From: Podarcis tiliguerta
Lineage: Eukaryota
Reading direction: 5' to 3' (one strand)
Assembly: GCA_965153285.1 (NCBI GenBank)
Contig: OZ229113.1
DNA length: 64,000 nucleotides
Position 1 is the first letter of the stretch. Each line of letters opens with the position of its first letter. The translations under genes and the position numbers were made by a program. A model generated the notes under the pieces. It made no database searches. It saw nothing but the letters and a program-made list of their open reading frames with translations, and was not told where the DNA came from. This document shows, one piece after another, positions 1-11,827 of the stretch.

Positions 1-85
1 ATTCAACAGAAAGGCAACACAGGAAAGGAACACAGGAAGGCCATATTCTAGTCATACAGGAAAGGAATACTCTACATTGTATTCC

Positions 86-270
86 ATTATTATTATTATT
101 ATTATTATTATTCCCCACCCATCTGACTGGGTTGGCACAACCATTCCGGGCAGCTTCCTACATATAAAAACATAATAAAACATTAAACTTAAAACAAACT
201 TCCCTATACAGAGCTGTCTTCAGATGTCTTCTAAAGGTTGTATAGTTACTTATCTTCTTGGCTCAGGGGT
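86..270 (-). mobile_element. L2-like LINE 3' end fragment with (TAA)n tail
   Basis: (TTA)n run followed by sequence resembling lacertid L2 3' ends; recognised by pattern only. Confidence 0.5.
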
Positions 271-280
271 CACATAACTC

Positions 281-397
281 CATACCCTCCAACATTTCTA
301 AGGAAAAGCAGGACATTCTAGGATCAAATCAGAAACCAGGATGGGTTTTATAAATTCGGGACAGTCCCTGGGAAATAGGGACACTTGGAGGGTCTGG
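281..397. mobile_element. Short non-autonomous DNA transposon (MITE)
   Basis: Terminal inverted repeats CATACCCTCCAA / TTGGAGGGTCTG (1 mismatch). Confidence 0.6.
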
Positions 398-723
398 TGC
401 TAAAAAAAAGATTGTGCTATTTTCTGCTACTTAGGTAGCTGCCCTTTGGATTTTTACTGTTGTTTTCTTATCAGTAGTGGCACGAGTGGCGGGAAAGAGA
501 CATAAAGCCATCCCCTTGAGACCAGTTTCACTAATCCTTGCTTGGATTAGTATGGGACTAACACCAACAATCCAGCACTTGCATGAATCAACCAAACCAT
601 GGGACATGTTTCTATTTCCTAATACAATAGTGGTTGTGATCTTCCACAAGCTCTCTGCCCAGAACAATCTCTTTTGAAGCTAAAGCCAAATGTACATATA
701 TATCATCAAGTGTGTTGGCAAAC

Positions 724-869
724 CTTAACGTTGTGTTTCCATAGCATCCCAGGTCTCCAATGCCAAGATCATCAGCCATGAATAATACAATATTAGGCTT
801 TGAAATCCTTTCGTTAATAGCATTGCTTACAGGCCACAGATAAAGCATCACAGGAAGAAGGATCATCAT
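724..869 (-). CDS. STS: Steroid sulfatase (arylsulfatase C), first coding exon; gene continues left of the window
   Basis: Translates [48 protein letters not shown](R): a signal-peptide-like stretch plus the sulfatase motif [21 protein letters not shown]. Ends at a phase-2 donor AG|GTTTGC (GT at 723-722), where vertebrate STS is split before TPNID. STS is preferred over the ARSD/E/F/H paralogues because of head-to-head synteny with PUDP. Confidence 0.88.
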
Positions 870-1367
870 TCTGCTGCTTTAGGGCAAGGATGCTTCAAAA
901 AGTTACCTGTTTGATAAAAGAAATTTGTTTTATACATTTATAGTTTATATAAAACAATATAAAATGTTGCTTTATATTTATTTTCATAATCGGCATCATA
1001 ATTGACCTTGCCATTACAATGAGAACACCATGAAAAGGAAACACAGTTCTAGCAATTACTCGTGTTATTAAAGTTTAGAAGCAGCCTGTTGAGTCCGACC
1101 TTTCGCATTTTAAAACATTTTAATATATTTCCTTTCATAGTTTTGCTGAAAGAGAAAAGCTGAAATGTAGCAAACAATAGGAGTCAATCTTTCACATATT
1201 AGATGATGTTCAAGGACTTTTGAATATATTTTTTCAAAATGTTCTTTCTTGGCAAAAAAAAATTCTGTGGAATTACCATCTGACATAAAGCAGTATTAAG
1301 GTATATTCACATTTTCCATCTAGGCGAAGGTGAGGACATGATTTTAGGATACCTAAAGAACCCAATA

Positions 1368-2158
1368 GTTGTTTATGCTGGTGAAACTGACAGTCTGTTT
1401 AAGGAAGCTGAGAAGGCTGCTCCACTTCCCTGTGGGACGGTGTTGCGGGCAGGCCACATGTTCTCCCTGTGCACAGTGGGGGCTGACCAATCCGGTTGGC
1501 CGGGGTGAGGGTGGCTTACAGCATTTAAGCAGCCATGTGGCCGGGGAATTTCCTCTTGGTTCCTGCTTCCCTGGATCAACCCCCCTCCCACCCTCTTTTC
1601 ATGTGTTTGACACCTTGGCCTTGCTATGAACCTCGGTTGGTCACCTGTTGAGGGGGCCTGGTAGGAATTTTCCCACTTGGCAAATTGGCACCAGCCATTT
1701 GGTTTTCGCCTACCTCATAGCAATTGTCCCAACTTTGTAAGGTTTGGCGGTTTAGGCATTGGTAAAACCTGGCTCATGGGAGGGGAGTTTGTGGCCATCA
1801 CCTGCCCCTCCTCTTTAAGGGTATTCTGTTAAAGGGATCTGGGGGTGTGGATCTCATCCGAAGCCCTGGTATAGGCTAGGGCCATGCCACAACCCCATTG
1901 GGGACCCTGGGGCAGCTCTCAGTTGATGTACATCAACAGGGCTCCCCCTAGTGGTGATTGACCCTTACTGGACTACCCGCATGGCGGGCCAGAGTCAGAT
2001 ATAGTCGGTTCAATTCCAATGCCTAAGCCAATACCACTCATATTCTGTAACCAATAAAGTTGTCGCCTTTATTCGCCCATTAACCTAAAATACCGGTGCC
2101 CATGTGTTTTATTATTCATCAAATGGGGGGGGGGGGGGCTCAGGGTCTTGACATGCAA
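1368..2158 (+). mobile_element. ~790-bp LTR-like / DIRS(Ngaro)-like repeat, copy 1
   Basis: Homologous to 11013-11827. Shared blocks include GGTAGGAATTTTCCCACTTGGCAAATTGGCA, CCTAAGCCA(A)TACCACTCA and CTGTAACCAATAAAGTTGT; both copies end ...GCAA. Left boundary approximate; family assignment is from memory. Confidence 0.65.
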
Positions 2159-3449
2159 GGCATTGCCCAAGCCCAAAGTAGTGCAGTCCAAACTAGTGAA
2201 CAAACAGCTTCTTGAGAGCTCCATAAAATTGTGAAACCCCCAACACAGGAGCAGGATATGAAGACCTAAACAGACCATTCTCTTGGAGTGGAAGATTAGG
2301 GAGCACATGGCAGTCAGAAAAACTTACACTGTGCACTGAACTTGTACTAAAGATGTGATCGGGGTCACATGTGTGAAACAGACAGAGGGCTTGCAAAATT
2401 AAACAGAGGGGCATCATGTGTCAGCTTCCATGTGAACTGGGCTCCACTTACAGTATGTAGCATTTCAGATCACATGAAAGTTTATGTGCCTACAGCTGTA
2501 TGCTTGCAGATTTTCCCTAGTCAAACATCCATGCATAAATTCAGGCTGAAGCAAGGGAGACACACAATTGATGGATAACATAATAAACAAACACCTGAAG
2601 GGGGTTCAAGTTTGGGTGTGTTTTGTGCCTGAAGAAAGGGGATGAAAAGCTTGAAATGCTCTTGGCAGTGAACGTTGATTCAGCAAGAAGCAATTGCTTC
2701 ATCTCCCTTTTCCTTTCATATTTTCTGGGGAAGAAAACTGCAGTCCTGAAGACCAGCCAGATCTTTTGAAGAGTACAGTTTGCACAGTACTGCACAATGT
2801 TCCATAACAATAAACCAATGTGCATACTTGATGACAGCAAAGAATGCCTCTGTTTGAGAAGCACAATATTCCTCGTAGGTGTCATTGTGTCAGCCTCAAG
2901 GAAAAGGGCTTGCCAGTCTAATTAAAAATAATTGACGTCTGCCACACTCTAAGCAAAATGAAACATTCACAACCAAGCAAAGGCATTAGCTGCTATCTTA
3001 TCCTGTAACGAACCCTACTAAGTGTTCAGCTTCACTTTTAGTGTAAGACTTTCACCAGAAGCAATGCCCTTTTCTGGTGGTGGACAGGATTTCCAGTTTT
3101 AATAAAATGTTACACGGGGGGGGGGGGGATGCCACAGCTGAAGGCAGACTATGCTGCTGTTTCACACATGTGTCAGCGCATGGGTAATCTATTCTTTGTA
3201 GTACTAAACCACCAGGTTTAGGTGTGCAGATAACATGAACACATAGAAGGGGCTGATTGCGTGGGTCTTTTTTCATGCAATATGGACACTGCAGAGAAGG
3301 GATGCAGGGAAGGAAGTTGCCAGTCAAGTGGGAAAGAGCCACATGATCCGTCCTGTTCATGTGGTTGCATAACAATTCACACAGCATCCCTGCAAAGCAG
3401 GATCATATTATTCAAATATGGTTCCCATGATATTCAATATTTTTCTAAA

Positions 3450-3479
3450 GTTGTTGTTGTTGTTGTTGTTGTTGTTGTT
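3450..3479. repeat. (GTT)10 microsatellite
   Basis: Seen directly; produces the poly-V run in ORF 3261..3662. Confidence 0.95.
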
Positions 3480-6400
3480 ATGCAAAGCTTGAGTATTCTC
3501 CAAGCCTGTTGCTATCTCTCCCTTGTGTGTAGATGTTGGCTTGACAAGGATCAGTACTCAAAGAATGGGTCTGCTATTAGTATAAAGGATATTGATATAC
3601 CAAACATATTTATGAGCCCAGGGTTAAGGGCAGGAGTGATCAATGTTATTGCAACCTTCTGAATATGGATTTGACATTGGAGATAATAAACCTGCTTTCA
3701 AACGAATCTTACTGTATAGTCCCAGCATCAGTTACTGAAATACTCCCATTGATAGAAACCACCCTTGAGCCAACAGAACACAAACAATACAAGATGCTAC
3801 ACGGGAAATGTTATGTTCAACCTGTCTGGGAATGAACAGTTTAAACCTATAATACAAAACCTTTCTTCCCTTCTCCTGTGCCTAAGAATGCTCAGAGATT
3901 GATTCCATCACACCACACTATATTATTTTTTTCCTTTACAATGATCTCTCTAATATTTGCTATCTTCCCACTCCCCTCTGGTCTTCTACACAATAAATTG
4001 ACACTTCATTAGTATCTGCAATCCTGTACACATATTTTCACAGGCTGAGAAAGTAGTAAGCTCAGTCTTCTCACCTATTAGCTGCTTGTCATCACTTGAT
4101 CATTCCAGAAACACATAGCAGATGCAGCCCACTTTGTTTTGAAGAACCTTCAAATCCATTTTCACCCCCTAACACATTTTTCAAAGCAATGAATAACTGC
4201 CTGATTTTTACAATGTTTCTTTAATTCAATATTCCGCAGAAGTGTTTTAGATGTGTTGCTCCTGGCTTTCTTGTTTAGCATGTAAGATGTTATTACTAAG
4301 AGAATCAATATTCAGAGGAATACATCAACATATAAATACAGAAGGAACCGTGAGAAATTAATTGGTTCAAGGAGTTATCAAGAGTATCTAGGAAAGGCAA
4401 GTATTAAAGTTGTCAGATTTGACAAAATAAAATATCCCATACTACACTAGGAACACCTATAACTAACAATCACATATAATTCCACTGGGACATGTGAAGC
4501 TAGGTTCTGGGTATCCTGTTATTTTGGTAGTTCGTTTTATTATTTTTGTGGGGTGGTGAGGGAAGCAATTAGAAGACTGTCTCCCATACATGATCTGTGG
4601 CAGGATCCCTGAGACATCTGGCTGTGCTGCAACTCAAATTCACCTCAGGTGCCAATCACATGACACAGATAGCATCCTGGGGCAGGACGTAGGAGGGACC
4701 ATTCTCTCACTGGTCTACTCCTTCAAGATTCACATGTGGCTTCAACCAATGTCATCACCATAATACAAACACAGCTTTTTTCTTTTCCTGGTAGAGAAGG
4801 CATTGGGGCAAAACGATGTCAGAGGGGAGTGATGTGAGCATCTCCTTCCACAGGAGGCCACACTGAGGTAAACCTTGACCTATAAACATTATACTCAGGG
4901 AAGCATGGAGCACATTACAATATAAGGTAACAAATGTAGAAAGCATTCGGGTGAGTGTACATTTGTGTATGTGTTTTAATCCATCCCACAAAACAAATGA
5001 GCATCAGCAATTTTTCAAAATACCTGTACATTGTCACTTCTCTCTGAACTGAGTTGAAAAGATCAGATCAGCCAGTGTCAGAGATAGCTGTTGGACTACA
5101 ATTCCCATCAACACCAGCCAGCATGGCCAAAGGTCAGGGAAAGTGGGAATTGTAGTCTAACATCTGGAGAGCAGCATGTTGTCCACCCCTACTGTATGTG
5201 GACACTTCAGTAAGTCTTGGCTGAGAAGGAGCCAATTTCATTCACTTTGTGGCTCCGGTGAGCATAGAGTACAGGGATGGTAAACATTCAATCCTTCAGA
5301 ATTCTAGAATAGGAGCTGATCAATCCTACCTTTAGAAGGCTCTGTCCGTATCCGGCATGTCATCCAGTTCTAAAAATACTACGGGCAGGACAGAGTTTAA
5401 ATTCTGGATATAGCCAATCTCTGAGCTTATCCTCACAGTCTCTACCCTTGTAAGAGACTGCCTGCTGCTCTCTTCTCCAATGTAATTGCCTCAGCATCTG
5501 GCTGAAATTAATAACCTCCTTATTCTGGCCCTACCCTATTCCTCTGGGCTGTTGGCCACTTCTCACTCATGACAGTCTGGTTCCAGTGTCTGAATATAAG
5601 GTTTGGAAACTAGCCTTGAGGAGAATCCTAAGAGTGCTTATGTCAGGCTTGTGACTGCTAAAGGACAGAATTCCATGATAAAAGAAGAATCTTATGAAAA
5701 TACTAAATTACTGTTAGGGAAAAGGAGAAGAATCCATGATGGAGAAGCCAAATGAAATTCCATGCACCTACTGAACTTCCAGGCTATATGGAATGTCTTA
5801 TATCTGATTTACAGTTGTACAACAACACAGTGGTATCAAGAGAGACAAGAGTGAACATTTATTATATAAATAAATCAACAAATGCTCATTTCATCAGATA
5901 TATGGAGCAGCCTCAGATTTTATATCTTCCCCAACCTTGTTTGAACTAAAACTGCCACCATCCCTGTCTATTGCTTTTGCTGGGTGAGGCTGATGGAAGT
6001 TGTCCAAAGTACATTGAGAGCACCAGCTTGGGAAAGGCAGATTTACATGAATAACAAGGGACTCATACTACCTTGACGTCCTGGGAATTTTAATGTCTTA
6101 AACAACTTCGCCAAAGTAGATGGGCGTATAGTCAAAGCAATGGCATCAATTGGCTTGCATAATTCTACAATAATACAGAATATTGTAATCTGTCTAGACA
6201 TTTAATGTTTGCATGCTTAAAGGAGATGCATTATTAATTCAAGACACAAGTGGACATGTTTTGTTGGTGCACCACTTTGATTCAAAATGCAAAAGAAACA
6301 AAACCAACAAAAACCTGTTTGCGGAAAAAACCAAATGCATTAATCCAAACATGTTTATTTGCAGTGCAAATTAGTCCCGGGTTGAAAAACTGGAGACTCA

Positions 6401-6914
6401 ACCTCTGCCTTCCACAAGCAAAGAATCATTTGTTGTGTTGCCCAAATAAAATGTGAATTTGATATTCATCAAAGCACAGTTTAATTAAAAGTCCTGTTAA
6501 TATCCTGATACTACAAACAAAGCTATTAAAAAAATCTTTCAGTAGACAGTATGAAGCCCAATTAACATAGACACTATTAATTACCTGTAAACTACAGCAA
6601 TAATTACATATATACATTAGGAAAGAGATTGTGGCTGTTTTATATTATGGAAAATATCCAAAGAAGAAATCGTTGTCAGCTTTTAAACCAATATTTAATT
6701 AAACAAATGTAAAACTACATAAGACATACATATTTCAACTTGCCAATTGCAAAGAGCTCAACAAAACTGTGGGTAGAAAGAATTTCAAAACAACACCACC
6801 AATAACAACACATTTAATTTCTTAGTCACTTGTTACAAAATTTTAAGAGCATGAAGTATAACAGATATAAGAAACATTTAAAGGTTATGGAGCAGAATTG
6901 TAAATCTCTATTAA

Positions 6915-6951
6915 TTATTATTATTATTATTATCATCATCATCATCATCAT
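6915..6951. repeat. Compound (TTA)n(TCA)n microsatellite
   Basis: Seen directly. Confidence 0.9.
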
Positions 6952-7571
6952 GTGTATAATGACTATCTGCTAAAACACAATAAACTGACTTGACCTGTCC
7001 TGCCGATATTGCTCAACTACAACTCCCATAGTCCCAGCAAGCATAGCTAATGGCTAAGAATGTTGGGAGTTGAAGTTCAGCAATATTTGCATGGTCAAAG
7101 GTTTCCCACACCTGAAATATACCGTAACTTAAAATGGGGGGGGGGGAGACTTACAAGGAAAGCCACACAATCCATAAAACTGTAGCAATAAATTTGAGTC
7201 TTCCATCTAAGAAACACAACGTATGTTTGAGAATGTAAAATTGTTCTATTACCTAGGACTTGCTGGGATATATAAACTAGGGATTTGTTACCCTCTCTGC
7301 CCACCCCACCCCCAAGCCCCATATGGCAGCATTGCTTTTTGGAAAATAAGTTTGAAAGCAGTGATCCTTGTTGGTTGTGACTAACTTAAGCCCCTTGAGA
7401 TTAGAACAAACACACTGGGCTGAATCCAATCATGACTGACAAGACCCATTGCTTTCAGTGAATCTACACTGGCCGTGAATGGATGCAACCCATTTAAGAT
7501 CACAATCTTATACATGCCTGCTCAGATGTAAATCCTCTTGAATTCAGTGTGGCTTTCTCTGGAGATAAGTA

Positions 7572-8061
7572 CAGGTGTGCCATCCCCGTCCCCCCCACTT
7601 ACACACGATTGACTTGCGTATGACCACATATATGTGCTGTGCCATGAAATGGCTGTGCCATTGAATTTAATCATTCAATCCCCCCCCCCCATGGTGGGAG
7701 AGAGCTGGAGAGTCCTCATGGCTCATGAGCAGACCCTCCATGGAGCCCAAAGAGGACATCAGTGAGGGTGAAGGGAGCCCCAAAGAGACTAGAAGCACAG
7801 TGGGGCTTTACTTAGGCTGCTCAGCCTCTCTGCCTAACAGCAGCCCCCACGTTCCCGTGCATCCTCCAGCCTTCTGCCAGCCTCAGAGCTTCAATTCTAG
7901 TTGTGGATATTAATGGATGCCATATTTTTGTTATGGATTGAAGACAGAATAGCAGCTGGGGTGTTTAAAGCATGTTTAGAGTGTTCTCCCCACATTGTGC
8001 AATTTTACTTATGTGCACAGGGGCCTGGAACGTAACCCTTGTGTAACTTGGGGGGTGCCTG
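7572..8061. mobile_element. Tc1/mariner (Tigger-like) non-autonomous element
   Basis: TA|CAGG...CCTG|TA ends with degenerate TIRs (CCCCCCACTTACAC vs GTGTAACTTGGGGGG). Interrupts an older hairpin repeat. Confidence 0.55.
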
Positions 8062-8112
8062 TATATGTAGGATTGCCGCCTAAATGAACTCAATATTCCC
8101 GAGCTATAGAAC

Positions 8113-8467
8113 CATAGCTGTCAACCTTCACCTTTTTTTGCAGGAAATTCCCTTATTCCAGCGCTGTTTCCCGCTGCTATCCCGGATTGTTAGATATCCC
8201 ATCAGTGGCATAGCGTGGGGGGTGCAGGGGGGGCCAGCCGCACCGGGCGCAACATCTGGGGGTTAGGGTAGGGGGTGCAAATCCACAGGTTAGGGGGCAC
8301 AAATCCACGGGTTAGGGGGCGCAAATTACTTGCCTTGCCCCGGGTGCTGACAACCCACGCTACGCCACTGTATCCCGTAGACTATCCCTGGGACAGGTGA
8401 GGCTACTGATCCCTTATTTTCAAGGCTGCTGATCCCTTATTTTCAAATCTGAAAGTTGACAGCTATG
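8113..8467. mobile_element. hAT-type MITE (host of a nested MITE)
   Basis: Perfect 13-bp TIR CATAGCTGTCAAC / GTTGACAGCTATG; perfect 8-bp TSD TATAGAAC (8105-8112, 8468-8475). Confidence 0.9.
8203..8370. mobile_element. hAT-type MITE nested inside 8113-8467
   Basis: TIR CAGTGGCATAGCGTGGG / CCCACGCTACGCCACTG; TSD TATCCCAT / TATCCCGT; internal ~21-bp tandem unit GGTTAGGGGGCGCAAATCCAC x3. Confidence 0.9.
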
Positions 8468-9072
8468 TATAGAACACTGGAGAAAAAATGAATTCATAGG
8501 CTTACTCTCTTATTTATGAATAATAAAACGACTGAATATGTTTAACTAGGCAAACTATTAAGTAAATAAAAATGAAAACATAATAGGATTAGGAAAAGAA
8601 ACCCAAGAATTAAAGTATTAAGGTCTTTAAGATAATAAATAAGTTCCATAAGTAAAGAATCAGAAGAAAGGCCAAATAGGTCTTACAAAGCCGGAAAGAA
8701 ATAAGCCATAATAAAACATATTAAAAACAAAACAAAATCAATTCTATCTAGAAATGAACAATATCTTTATGGTATTAAGATTTACATATTTCTTTGGAAG
8801 ATTCAAGAGCGAAAATGCATTGCTTCACTTCTCTCATTAAGAGGTTTGACAGAGTCAACAGAGAGTTTTATCAGTTCTTTATGACACAAATAGGCCTTTA
8901 CGTATATTGAAACGATAGTTCAGAAATAGTAAGGGAAAAAATGGCTATGGTGCCACTGTGAATGAATGTATGTTTGAGAGAGGAATTACCGGTAACTGGA
9001 AGCCAGCCACAGGCAGCAAAACAGCAGGGTGGTGGGTGGGGTGGCATCCTCACTGAAAATTTGGGGGGTGCT

Positions 9073-9272
9073 NNNNNNNNNNNNNNNNNNNNNNNNNNNN
9101 NNNNNNNNNNNNNNNNNNNNNNNNNNNNNNNNNNNNNNNNNNNNNNNNNNNNNNNNNNNNNNNNNNNNNNNNNNNNNNNNNNNNNNNNNNNNNNNNNNNN
9201 NNNNNNNNNNNNNNNNNNNNNNNNNNNNNNNNNNNNNNNNNNNNNNNNNNNNNNNNNNNNNNNNNNNNNNNN
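9073..9272. other. Assembly gap (200 N)
   Basis: Run of exactly 200 N, i.e. a placeholder of unknown true size. Confidence 0.99.
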
Positions 9273-11012
9273 TCAACAACAACAACAAGGTTAAACCATT
9301 TTTGTAATTTTATGTTGTGAACCACCCTGGGGTCTATGGGTATGGGGTGGCATACAAATTTAATAAATAATAATCAAAATAATAAATGATAATAATAAAC
9401 AAAACCAAGTAATATAGTCCCATTCTGAAAATACCTACATGCATTATTATGTCATTTTTGTGTCTAAGATCTTGATTACCTCATGGGAGTCACTCTCCTT
9501 GAAATGACAAAATGTTGGTTCCACTTTTCCCTAAAGATGATAAAATACACTGTGCTGTCTTTTAGAACTTCTTTCTCCATTTTGATGAAAGATCTATGAA
9601 AGTATTTTTGGTATTTTTGCATGTGTACTAAAACATAGTCTCTCTTTTTATCTATTTATCTTTTCCTCTTCTGCTCTATTAACACATTTTATGGACAATT
9701 TCTCAATTCAGTTACTTATCTTGCTTTGACCTGTAAGAGAAAGAACAGTCCAAATTCCAAAACCATGCACATAATGTAACAGTGTTAAGTCTGGTTTTTA
9801 TTTCCAGTTCATGACCAGACAGCCTTGGGTAGGTCACATTACACATTAACTTTGTTATATAACATACGCCGTCAAGGAACATTACATATTTCACAACTTA
9901 AGGCTTGTGACACAGCATATCTTAAGAAAGCACATTACAACCTACTAGCTTTCACTCTGAGGAAAATCAATCTTCAGGTAAAAATTACAAATTTCTTGAA
10001 TTTAACTTTTCTCCCCCCCCCCCCTTTTTTTTGAGCATACAATGGTATAAATGCTGGAAAGAAATCAGTGTCTCACAGCAGGCAAAGGCTGTTCTTAGGA
10101 ATCCCACTGCTTTTTCCATACCATCAGACTAAAAAGCTATGAAAGGGCTTTCTGCCTTTTGTAACACAAAACACACAAAAAACCCCAATAACATTTTGTA
10201 TTGGACTTTTCTCCGGTTACCTTATTTTGCTCTAGAACAACCAACTTGAGCATGCATAATTCTGCACAAGAATGGGCTGTTAGAATCTCTTTTTATTTGC
10301 GAAAGTTACTTTGATGATCAATGCTTTTTATGATGTGACTTTTTGAAGGGAACGTGGGAATTATTTCCACTTTGACACATTACCATTAGAAAACCTTTGA
10401 AATAATTATTCTTTATTTGTTGCCCTTCACCATAAGGTCCCAGGGCAAGCCAAGGTAACTTAAAAAGTAACTTACCAATAATAATAATAATAATCAACCC
10501 TCAGATTCTAACTGCCAAAACTGAGTTTTACCACAAAATTAATGTAAATTGAAGTTTTACAGGACACATATCAGAGGCAATGTGTCTCTGAATGCCAGTC
10601 ATTGAAATGAGTGCAGTTAGGCCCTGCTTTTAAGCTTTTTATAGGCTTTTGGTTGGCCACTGTAACAGAGTGTTGGATTAGAAGGATCATGGCATGATCC
10701 AGCAAGCTCTTCCTACATTCTTAAGTTGTTTTTGTTTTACATGCTAGTTTTCCAAACTGTTTCCATTGTCCCTTAAATAATAAAAAGCCCAGAAACATGA
10801 TTGAAATGGAAATAAAGTTATCATGTTCAAAGTTCTAATTGTTTCTTTAAAACATTTGTATTTTGCCTTGCCGCAAATGGTACCCAAGACAGCAACAGAA
10901 ACCTACCCCCCCATATTTTAGCTGTATCCAAAAAACAAAAACAAAACTTAAACCAAACCATAAAGGCCCCATTAGTTAACAATTAGCCAATTTTGGCCTG
11001 AAAATGCAGCAG

Positions 11013-11827
11013 GTTGTAGCTTATTGACGGTTATCTCTTCACCACCCTCTTTTAAAGGCCTGATAAAATTTTATAGGACCATTCACCTTTCATGCTGGGC
11101 AGCATCGAGGCTGGGCATCAAGGCCCTTGTGGTAATTCGGCTCAGGGGCGGGGGATTGATGCCCCCCTCGCACCAACTCCCAGCCGTGTCATGCCCACCC
11201 GGCCAATCTATGCTGGCTTGGGGCATAGCCAGCAGGGCTTCCCTCTCTTGCCTCCTCACCAAATCTCCCAAGCCACCCACCCTCTTTTTAAGCTTTGGTA
11301 TGACACAACCTTGCTATGGAAAAATGTCAGCTGCCTTACTGGTGGGGCCAGGTAGGAATTTTCCCACTTGGCAAATTGGCACGGGCCATTGGTTTTCGCC
11401 TACCAAGCAATCGTCACAACTTTGTAAGGTTAGGCATTGGGTAAGCCTTTGTTTAAGGGTGGGGAGGTTGTAGCCTCTGCCTGTACCTCCTCGATAAGGG
11501 TATCCTATCAAAGGGATCTGGGTGTGTGGATCCTGTCCAAAGCCCAGACACGGGCTAGGGCCATGCCACGACCCCAATGGGAACCCCTCGGGGTGCCCCT
11601 TTGATGTAAGTCATAGGGCTCACCCTTCTGGTCGTTTACCCTTAGTTCAATTCCCTGCAGATGGGCAGGAGTCAAGATATCGCCTGGCTTCACCCAAAAC
11701 CTAAGCCATACCACTCACATCTGTAACCAATAAAGTTGTGGCCTGTTTTAGCCCATTAACCTAAATACGCGTGTCTCTGTGTTATTAATCAATAGGGAAC
11801 TGCTGGGCAAAGGACCTTGGCACGCAA
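11013..11827 (+). mobile_element. ~815-bp LTR-like / DIRS(Ngaro)-like repeat, copy 2
   Basis: Diverged relative of 1368-2158 in the same orientation; AATAAA at ~11729; appears to interrupt a decayed L2-like fragment. Confidence 0.65.

Noticed and set aside
8962-9325. ORFs with long X runs
   Set aside because: Artefacts of the 200-N gap.
1368-11827. Single 10-kb provirus bounded by two LTRs
   Set aside because: The repeats are too diverged, and no gag/pol remnants, PBS or PPT are visible between them.
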